From: Nitrospirota bacterium
GTDB lineage: Bacteria; Nitrospirota; UBA9217
NCBI GenBank assembly: GCA_963845065.1
Contig: CAWJQQ010000009.1
Location: forward strand, 128,001 to 192,000
Direction of reading: 5' to 3'
Length of the DNA stretch: 64,000 bases
Made by a program: the position numbers and the translations under genes
The notes under the pieces: generated by a model
The model's input: the letters and a program-made list of their open reading frames with translations, nothing else
What the model was told of the DNA's origin: nothing
The model's database searches: none
Shown: positions 40,156 through 49,440 of the stretch, piece after piece
How positions within the stretch are numbered: position 1 is the stretch's first letter
How the letters are laid out: the number at the start of each line of letters is the position of its first letter

Positions 40156-40490
40156 TCACGCCAATGTCCTGAACGCGGCTGGTGCGTTTGCGTTCACAAT
40201 TAATTTGTTGCCATATAAGTCCATAGCGGTATCACCGACGTTCAATACGTAATTAGTATCGGGCAACAGGTCCGCCGTCGGCGTAATTGTAACATAGATA
40301 CTATACAGAACATAGGCTGAGCTTGTTACGAAGGTGACGGAATTATTATTTGAGTCGATAAAAGTTATAGCCATGGCAACGGAGGCTACATTCATCCCAG
40401 CATTAAATGATATACTGAAAGAAGTGTGGACAGGGACAGCCTGGTTTCCAGACAAATCAATAAGATCTGACAGTACATCGAGGAAAAACA
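40156..40490 (-). CDS. Small Ig-like (Big_5/SbsA-type) domain protein or fragment
   Basis: VPVHTSFSISFNAGMNVASV...VTITPTADLLPDTNYVLNVGDTAMDLYGNKL; start uncertain. Confidence 0.6.
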
Positions 40491-40773
40491 TCTCGCTCAC
40501 GGTTACTTTGCTGGCACATTCGGTGGCGGTCCGTAAGCGATTTGATTCTGTACGTAATCGTTTTCTCCGCGCCCTGAAAGCATGCTGGCAAGAAGAGAAG
40601 CCGCTGAAAGGGTTGCGCAAAGGTCCTTAAAAATTCTCGCCTCTAGCAATCCTTACTATTCATAGGACTGCCTCCCAAGGCTTATATCGTCGAGACAACA
40701 AAAATTATTGGTTGCATTGCCCTGTTTGTGCTCCTTAACGACTTCTTTCACTTTTTATGCTTGATCTCAAACC

Positions 40774-41080
40774 TTACGTCGTCATAAATGCCGCTGATGT
40801 GTTTGCGTCAACAATAAGCTTGTCGCCGTATGAGTCTGTAGCAGTATCACCAACGCTCAACGTGTAGTTGGTATTAGGCAACAGGTCCGCAGTCGGCGTG
40901 ATGGTAACATTCATACTGTACTGAGCATTCTGGACAGAGCTCGTTGCAAAGGCGACAGGATTATTATTTGAGTTGATTAAGGTAGTAGCTGCGGCAACGG
41001 AGGCAACATTCATCAGGACACTGAATTGGATGATGAATGAGGTGTGGACGGGACAGTTTGGTTGCCCGACAAATTAACTT
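40774..41080 (-). pseudogene. Frameshifted duplicate of the Ig-like domain
   Basis: MNVASV...VTITPTADLLPNTNYTLSVGDTATDSYGDKL; DNA similar to 40156-40460, with a 1-nt loss (gtggac-gggac versus gtggacagggac). Confidence 0.65.
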
Positions 41081-41285
41081 GATTTGATTGTGCATAGAGA
41101 AATACGCCTCCTTTGCTGAATCTGGGCCATTACTTAGATGGCTAAGTATAGAAAGAAGAGCATAGCTTTACCAAATCAGTGTAAGATGTTTCTGCGAAGA
41201 AAAATTTAATTATCCGGAAAAAACTGCCCGCTAAAGCAATTGATGATGTTAAGCCGCATCCTTCTCGGATGGTAGGTTGAAATGA

Positions 41286-41516
41286 TCACGACGCCTTTTC
41301 AAGTCGCTCTGCCACCCAAACTTTAATAATCGACTGACGGGGAACTCCCAGACGTTTTGCCTCTTTGTCCAACAATTGTATCATCCACACGGGGAAGTCA
41401 ACGTTCACTCTTTTCTGCTCCTGCTCAGGTCTCTTTGCTTTTTTCACATCAAGGTGTTTTGAAATATCCGCACCTTCGTCGAATTTTTTGTCAAAATCGC
41501 GAGCTTTAACCTTCAT
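41286..41516 (-). CDS. CopG/BrnA-type ribbon-helix-helix antitoxin
   Basis: FDKKFDEGADI...KRVNVDFPVWMIQLLDKEAKRLGVPRQSIIKVW; overlaps the toxin gene. Confidence 0.88.
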   Translation of the reverse strand: MKVKARDFDKKFDEGADISKHLDVKKAKRPEQEQKRVNVDFPVWMIQLLDKEAKRLGVPRQSIIKVWVAERLEKAS

Positions 41517-41766
41517 ATATTTCCACCTCCTCTTTCCTTGACCGTCGAACCGATATAATCCTTACCTTATCGCCTCGATAGGTAATGACTCCCGACCAGT
41601 GTTTCCCCTCGATCGTTCCAATCACCAAATACCGCGGTTCGTCTATCGTCTGGACGGGAATCTCAATTAAATCAGGGTCGCCCCATAGGGTTTGGGCTCC
41701 ATAAAAATCGATTCCATGCTTTTGCTTGTTACTGACGCTCTTCTTTGGATCAAATTCGAATTCCAT
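41506..41766 (-). CDS. brnT: BrnT family toxin (DUF497)
   Basis: MEFEFDPKKSVSNKQKHGIDF...RIISVRRSRKEE. Confidence 0.9.
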   Translation of the reverse strand: MEFEFDPKKSVSNKQKHGIDFYGAQTLWGDPDLIEIPVQTIDEPRYLVIGTIEGKHWSGVITYRGDKVRIISVRRSRKEEVEIYEG

Positions 41767-41803
41767 GGTATAATTATTATACCTAAAATATACCGGGAGT
41801 CAA
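41767..41803 (-). promoter_or_regulatory. Sigma70 promoter with palindromic operator for the TA operon
   Basis: Minus strand TTGACT-16 nt-TATAAT-9 nt-ATG; the palindrome GGTATAAT-N-ATTATACC (41767-41783) covers the -10. Confidence 0.75.
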
Positions 41804-42029
41804 TCAGTTTTTGCAGGCGGAAATTAAGGGATCCACGTTAACGAAATTAGAGGATAGCGCTAATAAATTCGAAATGAAGTGTTGATATTCTGAAAAGTCG
41901 TAAAAATCAATGCTTCAGACCTTATGATTAAAAGCAAGTCTGACTTAAGATATATTTTCGTTAGGAAGACCAAAATAAACCGAAAGGAGACTTGCCATGA
42001 TTTAACATTAGCAAACTCGATTTCAGTGG

Positions 42030-42611
42030 TCAATGAACGCCTCACTAAAAACATGCCACCAACACGGGCCATCATTCATATCGCAAGAAAACTCTTGAAC
42101 CGTATCAGATACGTCCTGAAGAATCAGAAGGAGTATGTGCCTGAGGTCATACAATAAGAAACGGGATCACGCTAGAACGACCGATCTTACAACTTGTTTC
42201 ATCGTGGGTACCGCTTCTTCATCCTGCAGCCGCTAATAAAGCGTGTCTGCACTACTTCAGACTGCGGACCCACAACTTTAATACATAATGGAGGAAATGC
42301 AGCTGCCTTTATGATGTAGGCATGTCTGCTAATAAAAGCATGGCTTTAAAGATTTGCTCGTTCTGCGTACAAATCCCGAGAAAGGGATTCTACAGGTGGG
42401 TATCACGCTATGGACTGCCCCGGGAAAATTGATCCTGGGGCATTTGTGAGAACCGTTTTCTGTCTTAACAAGCAAAAATCTCACAAACGATCCAACGCAG
42501 CTGGAATTCCTCCGACTGGTACACATTTAATGACCATTAACGAAAAGAAATAGAAAACCGGGAAAAACCTGTTGGCCATCCATTCCGAGGCTTGACTTTT
42601 AACATAAAAGG
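42030..42611 (+). mobile_element. IS110-family remnant: transposase C-terminus plus ~450-bp non-coding right end
   Basis: ERLTKNMPPTRAIIHIARKLLNRIRYVLKNQKEY* (IS110-type C-terminal helix) ends at 42157; several hairpins follow; outward TTGACT at 42592 near the inferred end. Confidence 0.7.
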
Positions 42612-42659
42612 ATGAAGGCCGCGCCGACTCATTCATCAGTGATTCTTAAAAACGCCACA

Positions 42660-43145
42660 TTACATCACCAATGAGTCCGTTCGGACGGCTACGAAAACGC
42701 CTTCCATCTGCCCCGCGATTTTATGACCGTATTCCAAAACGGAAACAACCACGATTCTAGCCATCTTTTTCCGTTTCAGGATCGTAAGAAAACGCTGCCA
42801 TGTTTCTGCATCCGGTGCATTGCAACGCGCGGTAAAGACTCCAGCAATGGGCTTATCGTAGCTCATTGTATTTTTTTGGATTACCACGCGACATTGAAGT
42901 CCCGCACATTGTAGCCCGAAATGTACCACTGACCATGCCGCAAGGATTGCGAGCGATGATGCGCTACCACCGAACACGGTTTCGCGGTGGTTTATATTCG
43001 GCTCAAGTGGTGCGGAGAGCACTACGCCTGACAAATCTACTTTCAGAACAGTTGCGCCCATCGCTTTGGACAAAGGAATATGTTCATGCAGATAATCCTG
43101 AATCCTTTGCAAGGTATGCATAGTTTCGTTAGTCTCGCCTTTCAA
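42660..43145 (-). CDS. YiiD C-terminal-like hotdog-fold thioesterase
   Basis: YLHEHIPLSKAMG, APLEPNINHRETVFGGS, YDKPI. Confidence 0.85.
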   Translation of the reverse strand: MKGETNETMHTLQRIQDYLHEHIPLSKAMGATVLKVDLSGVVLSAPLEPNINHRETVFGGSASSLAILAAWSVVHFGLQCAGLQCRVVIQKNTMSYDKPIAGVFTARCNAPDAETWQRFLTILKRKKMARIVVVSVLEYGHKIAGQMEGVFVAVRTDSLVM

Positions 43146-43259
43146 TACCGAACCTCTCTGGAATCGTTTTGAAATCTCTGAAAATTACAAAATATGCATC
43201 AATGATTCGTTCCTGCGGTGCACAGTTTTTGGTGACTCCCTTGACTTGTTTGCACGTCT

Positions 43260-43721
43260 TTACTCTCTCCCCCCTGGCTTTGGCCGCCATTGTTTGTTAG
43301 CCGTCCATCTTTCCGTTGCCGTTTCGATGCGGTCGAACCTTGGTATGTATGGCTTTATGTCAAGCAATGGGGTCATGTTTAATACATCAATACCTTCCAC
43401 TATCAGAATATTATTTGATCTCTTCTTTAATCGTACAATAGACATCCCAATACCATTTGGCCTACATGGATGCCTCGTCGCAAATATTCCATGCGATTCG
43501 TCATCTAAAAAAGTTGCTCTAACTAATTCTATTTTTCCTGCTTTATCAAAATGGTAAAGCAGATATATGTGAGAAAAGGTCTCTATATCTTTTAATCCTG
43601 CCGCGTATTTTTCAACTACCTCCACACGGCCTATCGTATCTGACGCGTATAAGGGTTGGATAGGACATTTATCCTTCGTCTCATAAGGTGTGTAAATGAT
43701 ACCAATCGTTTCCATGATCAT
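43260..43721 (-). CDS. trmO: tRNA (t6A37) N6-methyltransferase TrmO/TsaA family
   Basis: IGIIYTPY, GLKDIETFSHIYLLYHFD, GIFATRHPCRPNGIGMS, GIDVLNMTPLLDIKPY. Confidence 0.88.
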   Translation of the reverse strand: MIMETIGIIYTPYETKDKCPIQPLYASDTIGRVEVVEKYAAGLKDIETFSHIYLLYHFDKAGKIELVRATFLDDESHGIFATRHPCRPNGIGMSIVRLKKRSNNILIVEGIDVLNMTPLLDIKPYIPRFDRIETATERWTANKQWRPKPGGRE

Positions 43722-44031
43722 TTCTCCATTTTCAGCGTGCTAATGCTTCAGCTGCCACTTAGCTGAAGTTCTGTTGCTCAATAAAAAGTATAATGGAATT
43801 ATTCAGCAAGATAAAGAAGAAAAGAATAGTACGTTACAGTATGCAGATTTCAGAGAGAAGTAAGGACTAAAGATTTGAACTGATAATCTTCATCTCTCGC
43901 GATTCATGGTGTCCTTCGGCTACAAGTGTGTACATCTTATTATTTGCAACAAGCAACAAATTCGGTTTGTAAATAGCACATGAACTATGAGTTGAGAGGG
44001 CATATCCTTAATCCTCACTCTTTGCCTCTTG

Positions 44032-46539
44032 TTATTTCCGATCAAGCATTTCTCTGACCTTGCTCAATAGCTCCGAGGGCTTTACCGGTTTCGACAGAAA
44101 CTCCGTACCGGTCGGCAGGCCGTCCTGTGCGAATACTTCTCCCGAGTAGCCGCTCGTGAAAATGCATCGGATATTCGGGCTGAGAGCGATGATCTCCTGA
44201 TACGCTTCCAAGCCGTTCATCTTTGGCATGATGCCGTCAAGAATCACGAGCTTGATCGCGGCGCGGTTCTCGCTGAACCGAACGACCGCCATGTTTCCAT
44301 CCTCAGCCTCGATCACGGTGTAGCCCATGTCCCGGAGAACGACCGACGTCAAATTGCGGAGACTCGCGTCGTCCTCAGTAAGCAGGATTGTTTCACTGCC
44401 ACCTTTGAGGGGGACTCGATTTTGCCCCGCAGGTTCAGGTAAGGCATTCGTCGTTTTGGACAAGGGGAAATAAATGTGAAAGATGCTCCCTTTCCCCGGC
44501 GCGGAGTACACATTGATGAAACCATCATGCGCTTTCACAATTCCATACACCGTGGCCAGTCCGAGACCAGTCCCTTTCCCAACTTCCTTGGTCGTGAAGA
44601 ACGGCTCGAAAATCCTCTTTTTAGTCTCTTCGTTCATTCCGACGCCGGTGTCCGATACCAACAGCACGGCATAGTCTTCTGCCTTGCCGCAGCCGTGCGA
44701 CCGTATGAACGCCTCATCTATGGTACTGACCTTGGTATCGATTGTCAGTTTCCCCCGGCCCGGGATGGCATCACACGAGTTCGTAACGAGATTCATGATC
44801 ACCTGCTCAACTTGGCCCCGGTCTGCCATAATCACGGGCTGCTCGACCGAGTACTGGATTGTCATTTCGATGTCCTCTCGCAGCAGACGGTGCAGAAATT
44901 TCTCGAAATTCCTGATCAGCGCGTTAAAATCGTGAAGCTCTTTATTCGTTGGCTGCTTTCTGCTGAAGGCGAGCAGGCTCTGCGTCAAAGCGGCTGCGCG
45001 CTCAGAAGACTGCAGAATCTGGTCGATATAGAGCTTCACCGGATCGTCGTCCCGCAGTTTCATAAGGGAAAGGTGGCCATAGCCGATGATCGCGGACAGG
45101 ATATTATTGAAATCGTGCGCTACACCGCCGGCAAGCTGGCCTATCGCCTCCATCTTGTTCGCCTGGAGGAGCTGGTTTTCGAGTTTGCGGCGTTCTGTAA
45201 TGTCACGTGCAAAACCGCAGGCATATTCCTTGCCGTCGAAACGGACGTATGTAGTGACGATCTCAACGGGAAACTCGCTGCCGTCTTTGCGGCGGTGTAC
45301 GGATTCGGAGGAAAAGGACCCACCCTGACGAAGCCCCGCCCACACCTCTTTCATGCCTTCGGCGCTTGCCATCGGGTTGACCTCGTAGAGCGTCTTCCCG
45401 ATCAGATCTTCACGTTTATACCCGAGGGCTTTGCAGCCGGCATCGTTGACGTAAACAAACTTGATGTCGCTGTCCAACCAATATGCGCCATCGTAATGCA
45501 CATCAATTGAATGTTTCAGCAGCCTAACCTCTTCTTCCGCCCGCTTGCGATCGGTGATGTCCTCCACCATCTCAATCGCCGCTAGTATGGATCCATCCGC
45601 TGACAGTAGAGGTGTCGATACGACCTCGTAGTGCCGTAATCCGTTTTCCGTCGGTGTTGCTGTTATGGCCCTGTGGACCCGCCCGTCCTTCAGGGTCTGC
45701 ACGGTTGGACAATAGCTGCAAACACTATCCCTCGGTGGGGTGTTGAAGCTCCTGTAGCAAATGTGATGCTGATTGCAGTCGATGTGAGGAAACCACTTCT
45801 GCATCTGCGGATTGATCGAAATGATCTCCATATCCATCCCGATTAATGAAATGCCTACACCGATGTTGTTGTAGATCGAACGGAACCGTTCCTCGCTCTC
45901 CTTCAGTTTGTACTCCTTTTTCAGAAGGTCGGTCTTCACCTTTTCGAAGTAGATCAGCAGCATACCGATTGCCGCCATAACCGCAAAAGACTCGCCGAGC
46001 GAGTACCCCCAAGGTGCAAACCACGTAACTTGCCGCAAAAGGGGATAGTCTCCCTTATGTATGCCCCATATAATAAAGGTCCAGCCAACAAAGTACTTTC
46101 CAAAGCCCTGAAGGTTTTTAGAGCGAAGAAAGGCAATACCAGTCCATATATATATGATCGCCAAGAAGGTAAAGGTTGGAAAGGTTAGCGAAAAAAAGCT
46201 GAAATCTTCCCCAACCGCTATGGGAATCCACAATGCAAGCAGGCACGTGCTCAATAGCCAAACCTTCGACATGCCGCGGCTTAGGAACAATGAAACGCCC
46301 CAAACAAGAAGCAATCCACCGACAAGATTAAATTCGTAATACCCGAGATCAAATGCTATATTTTTGTCAAAAAGGACAGTCAGCATAAGAAAGCAGAACC
46401 TGATGGAATATAGGGCCCAGCTTGCACACCAAATGGCAAGATAGCGGTGGCGGTCCTGTGTGTATAAGTAGAAATAAACCAAAGACAGCATCAAGGTGCC
46501 TGTCAAAGAAGCAACTGTTGCCGGCATCAACCAGTTCAT
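44032..46539 (-). CDS. Seven-TM, PAS-PAS hybrid sensor histidine kinase/response regulator
   Basis: About 200-aa hydrophobic N-terminus, PAS with Cys motif (CY...CSYCP), [15 protein letters not shown], HATPase, receiver. Confidence 0.93.
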   Translation of the reverse strand: MNWLMPATVASLTGTLMLSLVYFYLYTQDRHRYLAIWCASWALYSIRFCFLMLTVLFDKNIAFDLGYYEFNLVGGLLLVWGVSLFLSRGMSKVWLLSTCLLALWIPIAVGEDFSFFSLTFPTFTFLAIIYIWTGIAFLRSKNLQGFGKYFVGWTFIIWGIHKGDYPLLRQVTWFAPWGYSLGESFAVMAAIGMLLIYFEKVKTDLLKKEYKLKESEERFRSIYNNIGVGISLIGMDMEIISINPQMQKWFPHIDCNQHHICYRSFNTPPRDSVCSYCPTVQTLKDGRVHRAITATPTENGLRHYEVVSTPLLSADGSILAAIEMVEDITDRKRAEEEVRLLKHSIDVHYDGAYWLDSDIKFVYVNDAGCKALGYKREDLIGKTLYEVNPMASAEGMKEVWAGLRQGGSFSSESVHRRKDGSEFPVEIVTTYVRFDGKEYACGFARDITERRKLENQLLQANKMEAIGQLAGGVAHDFNNILSAIIGYGHLSLMKLRDDDPVKLYIDQILQSSERAAALTQSLLAFSRKQPTNKELHDFNALIRNFEKFLHRLLREDIEMTIQYSVEQPVIMADRGQVEQVIMNLVTNSCDAIPGRGKLTIDTKVSTIDEAFIRSHGCGKAEDYAVLLVSDTGVGMNEETKKRIFEPFFTTKEVGKGTGLGLATVYGIVKAHDGFINVYSAPGKGSIFHIYFPLSKTTNALPEPAGQNRVPLKGGSETILLTEDDASLRNLTSVVLRDMGYTVIEAEDGNMAVVRFSENRAAIKLVILDGIMPKMNGLEAYQEIIALSPNIRCIFTSGYSGEVFAQDGLPTGTEFLSKPVKPSELLSKVREMLDRK

Positions 46540-46985
46540 AAGTCATCCTTTTGTGATTGCTTCGTTTCTAGAAGTGCACATTCGTGCTTATGTAATAAAC
46601 TCCTGTACGTTACCGTGTTAATCGCCGCTTGAAGACGTCGATTGACCTCTGTCTATCCTCATCGCAGCATAACATTACAGTGGCTTTTCCGACGGAATAC
46701 ACATTAAAGTATACTGATATTTTCGGGGAAGATAAAGAAGATAATGCGGGTTATCAGGGTATGCAATTACGGGATGTATCTTTATGTGCTAATAAAATGG
46801 CAACAACAAGAACTACAGAAAGGAAGCTGCGCCGCAAGTTTCAACAGCAATTCAAGTAAGCCGCTCCGCGGCAGAAGAGCAAAGCATCCATCCTGCGTCC
46901 ATCCCACCTTGTCTGATATTTCCTGAATAATCTCCGTGTTACCATACATCTCCAATGCAGTTCAATCTTGTAGCACAAGGAGAGT

Positions 46986-47861
46986 ATGGTCATGGAAAAC
47001 TGGTACGAGAAGTCCAAAGAAGCCCTGCAACTGAGCGGTAAGGGCGACACAACGCAAGAAAGTTACACACGCGCAGTCCGATTACTCATTGAGCATTTCG
47101 GCAACAAAACCCCCGATCTCATCACCGAAGAAGAGCTTCAGGAATACTTCCTCCATTGCAGGAACGTTCGCAAGTGGGCGCCCAAAACCATGGCTGTCTG
47201 CTATGCCGGCATCCGCTTTTTCTTTGAGAACGTCCTGCGCCGTGACTGGCATATCCTGAGCATCATTCGGGCGCAAACTGAACACCGGCTTCCGACTGTG
47301 CTTAGTATCGAAGAGGTACGCGCCACCCTTTCCCGCGTCACGTCTCCTCGCAACCACGCCTTCCTCTCCACAGTCTATTCCTGCGGCCTTCGGCTCCAGG
47401 AAGCGCTACACCTCGAAGTCCCGGACATCGATAAACACCGTATGATGATCCATATCCACCGGGGGAAAGGCGCTAAAGACCGTTATGTTCCGCTTCCCCG
47501 TACGACGTATGCTCTTTTGCGGAAGCATTGGGCCACTCACAAAAACCCCCGATTGATTTTTCCCTCACGGGGCATATACAAAGATGGCTCGGACATTCGG
47601 AAACCGGTTTCATACAGTACGGTGCAGGCGGCGCTTCAGAACGCGGTACGCGCAGCGGGTATTCAGAAACGCAACGTCTCCATCCACACGCTTCGCCACG
47701 CCTATGCTACTCACCTGCTCGAAGCCGGCGTGAATCTGAGCGTCATCCAGCAGTATATGGGCCACTCCAGCCTTGAGACCACGATGATTTACCTACATTT
47801 GACCACCAAGGGTCAGGAAGACGCTTACAAAATCATCGACCAGCTCATGACGGGGTTTTGA
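46986..47861 (+). CDS. Tyrosine recombinase (XerD/Int family, N-terminal SAM-like domain)
   Basis: YSCGLRLQE (R), GKGAKDR (K), HTLRH (HxxR), MGH, TMIY (Y). The IntI-specific insertion is not evident. Confidence 0.93.
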   Translation: MVMENWYEKSKEALQLSGKGDTTQESYTRAVRLLIEHFGNKTPDLITEEELQEYFLHCRNVRKWAPKTMAVCYAGIRFFFENVLRRDWHILSIIRAQTEHRLPTVLSIEEVRATLSRVTSPRNHAFLSTVYSCGLRLQEALHLEVPDIDKHRMMIHIHRGKGAKDRYVPLPRTTYALLRKHWATHKNPRLIFPSRGIYKDGSDIRKPVSYSTVQAALQNAVRAAGIQKRNVSIHTLRHAYATHLLEAGVNLSVIQQYMGHSSLETTMIYLHLTTKGQEDAYKIIDQLMTGF

Positions 47862-48958
47862 CCATGGACACGATCAATGAGATTTTCCGCACCTATGCCC
47901 CGGAGTACGTGTCACGGTTTGGCGAAGCGATTCCTCTGGAACATCGCAAGGCAATAGACGCAATTATCAACTGCCGCACTCCAGCTTGTGGGACGACCTG
48001 GTTCCGTTGCGAAGACTGCGGGAAAGACCATGCCATCCATCGTTCTTGCGGCAACCGTCACTGCCCGACCTGCCAGTATCATAAGAGCCGACAGTGGCTC
48101 GAAAAACAGATTGATCGGCGGATGCCAGGACATCACTTCATGATCACGTTCACGGTGCCCGAGCAGATTCGTCGGTTCATCAGAGGCAATCAACGAGCAG
48201 CTTATGCTGCCTTGTTTTCTGCTTCTTCAGCGGCTATGAAAAAGCTGGTTCTCGACCCCAAGTTCATGGGCGGCGATCTGCCGGGCTTCTTCGGGGTCCT
48301 GCACACATGGGGCAGAACACTGGAGTTTCACCCCCATGTCCACTATATCGTCGTAGGTGGGGCGTTTTCGTCCGAGGATAAAACATGGAAACCGTCAGGA
48401 ACCGGTTTCTATGTGCCGGTCCAAGCGCTATCTCCCATTTTCCGGGCGAAGTTCAAGGATGAGATGAAAAAAGCAGGCCTTTTTGATCAAATCCCCGAAG
48501 AGGTCTGGCGCATCGACTGGAACGTGAACTCGCAAGCCGTGGGCGACAGCGAAGGGAGTCTCAAGTATCTTGCCCCCTATGTCTTTCGGGTAGCCTTGTC
48601 CAACAGCCGGATCGTGAAAGTCGAGAATCGTCAGATCTTCATTCATTACAAAAAGACCAATAGCAATCGCTGGAGAACGCTGGAACTTGAGGTGATGGAA
48701 TTTATGCGTCGCTTCCTCCAGCACGTTCTACCGACGGGGTTCATGAAGGTGCGATATTACGGCTTCTTAAGCCCGACCTGCAAAGTCCCGCTTGAGAACA
48801 TCAGGACGCTGATTGAGCTGGCTTATGGATTTGAGGTGACGATGTCTGAAGTCGAACAGACGCCCCCAATGCCTCATCCAACATGCGGGTGCTGCGGTGG
48901 CTTTCTCAAAGTGATTTCGATTTCTCCGCCGCCGCAGCACCTGGCACGCGCCGGATAG
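47858..48958 (+). CDS. IS91-family (Y2) HUH transposase with zinc-binding domain
   Basis: CEDC...SCGNRHCPTCQ, ITFTVP, LHTWG...HPHVH (HUH), KYLAPY (YxxxY), EFMRRFLQHVLP.GF.KVRYYG, C-terminal CGCC. Start may be ATG 47864. Confidence 0.92.
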   Translation: MTMDTINEIFRTYAPEYVSRFGEAIPLEHRKAIDAIINCRTPACGTTWFRCEDCGKDHAIHRSCGNRHCPTCQYHKSRQWLEKQIDRRMPGHHFMITFTVPEQIRRFIRGNQRAAYAALFSASSAAMKKLVLDPKFMGGDLPGFFGVLHTWGRTLEFHPHVHYIVVGGAFSSEDKTWKPSGTGFYVPVQALSPIFRAKFKDEMKKAGLFDQIPEEVWRIDWNVNSQAVGDSEGSLKYLAPYVFRVALSNSRIVKVENRQIFIHYKKTNSNRWRTLELEVMEFMRRFLQHVLPTGFMKVRYYGFLSPTCKVPLENIRTLIELAYGFEVTMSEVEQTPPMPHPTCGCCGGFLKVISISPPPQHLARAG

Positions 48959-49440
48959 CATCCGACGATTTTGATTCACCACGTGTTTCTCGTGTAAGAT
49001 CCCGCAGGCATCATCTGCGGGTCAACGCTCCCGTTCGGCCGCGCGAGCGGATCAGGCGATGATTTCTGCGTGTGAGTATAATGGGAATCACGTTTGTTTT
49101 TTTATAATCAGACCGACACGAGCTCTCACTCTCCATAAACTGCCCATTCAGGCTTTAACCAAAAACGACCCCTCGAAGCATTACCCTATATATAGAGACC
49201 ATCGGTCATCATCCTGCCGCTCCGGGCTTCTTGAATTATGGATTGAGTACGACGTGAAGATGTCGTCACAATCCTTATTGAGTCTACACATCATTTCAAA
49301 TCATGTCGATCTCAACATCAACTACAAGTGTGTAGTTCCCATTAGATGCAACAATCAACAAATTCAACTGGAACTATGTATGATTCTTCAGCATCAATAC
49401 TTTTCTCGAGACCGTATACAAAGACGGAACCTTGTCATTT

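Larger units (their letters stand above)
46849..49281 (+). mobile_element. Tyrosine recombinase + IS91-like (Y2 HUH) element with imperfect terminal inverted repeats and an attC-like right end
   Basis: Left AATTCAAG(T)AAGCC...GCGGCAG (46849-46874); right CTGCCGC...GGCTTCTTGAATT (49214-49237), then hairpin GGATTGAGTACGAC...GTCGTCACAATCC (49240-49274). Confidence 0.8.

Noticed and set aside
44476..45510. Long antisense ORFs (e.g. 44476..45510 +, 26973..27848 -, 58249..59001 +, 62341..63141 +, 2383..3009 +)
   Set aside because: Shadows of well-supported genes on the opposite strand, with no recognisable motifs.
46986..47861. Integron integrase IntI
   Set aside because: Lacks the evident IntI-specific insertion before box II and is coupled to a Y2 transposase rather than adjacent to an attI and array.
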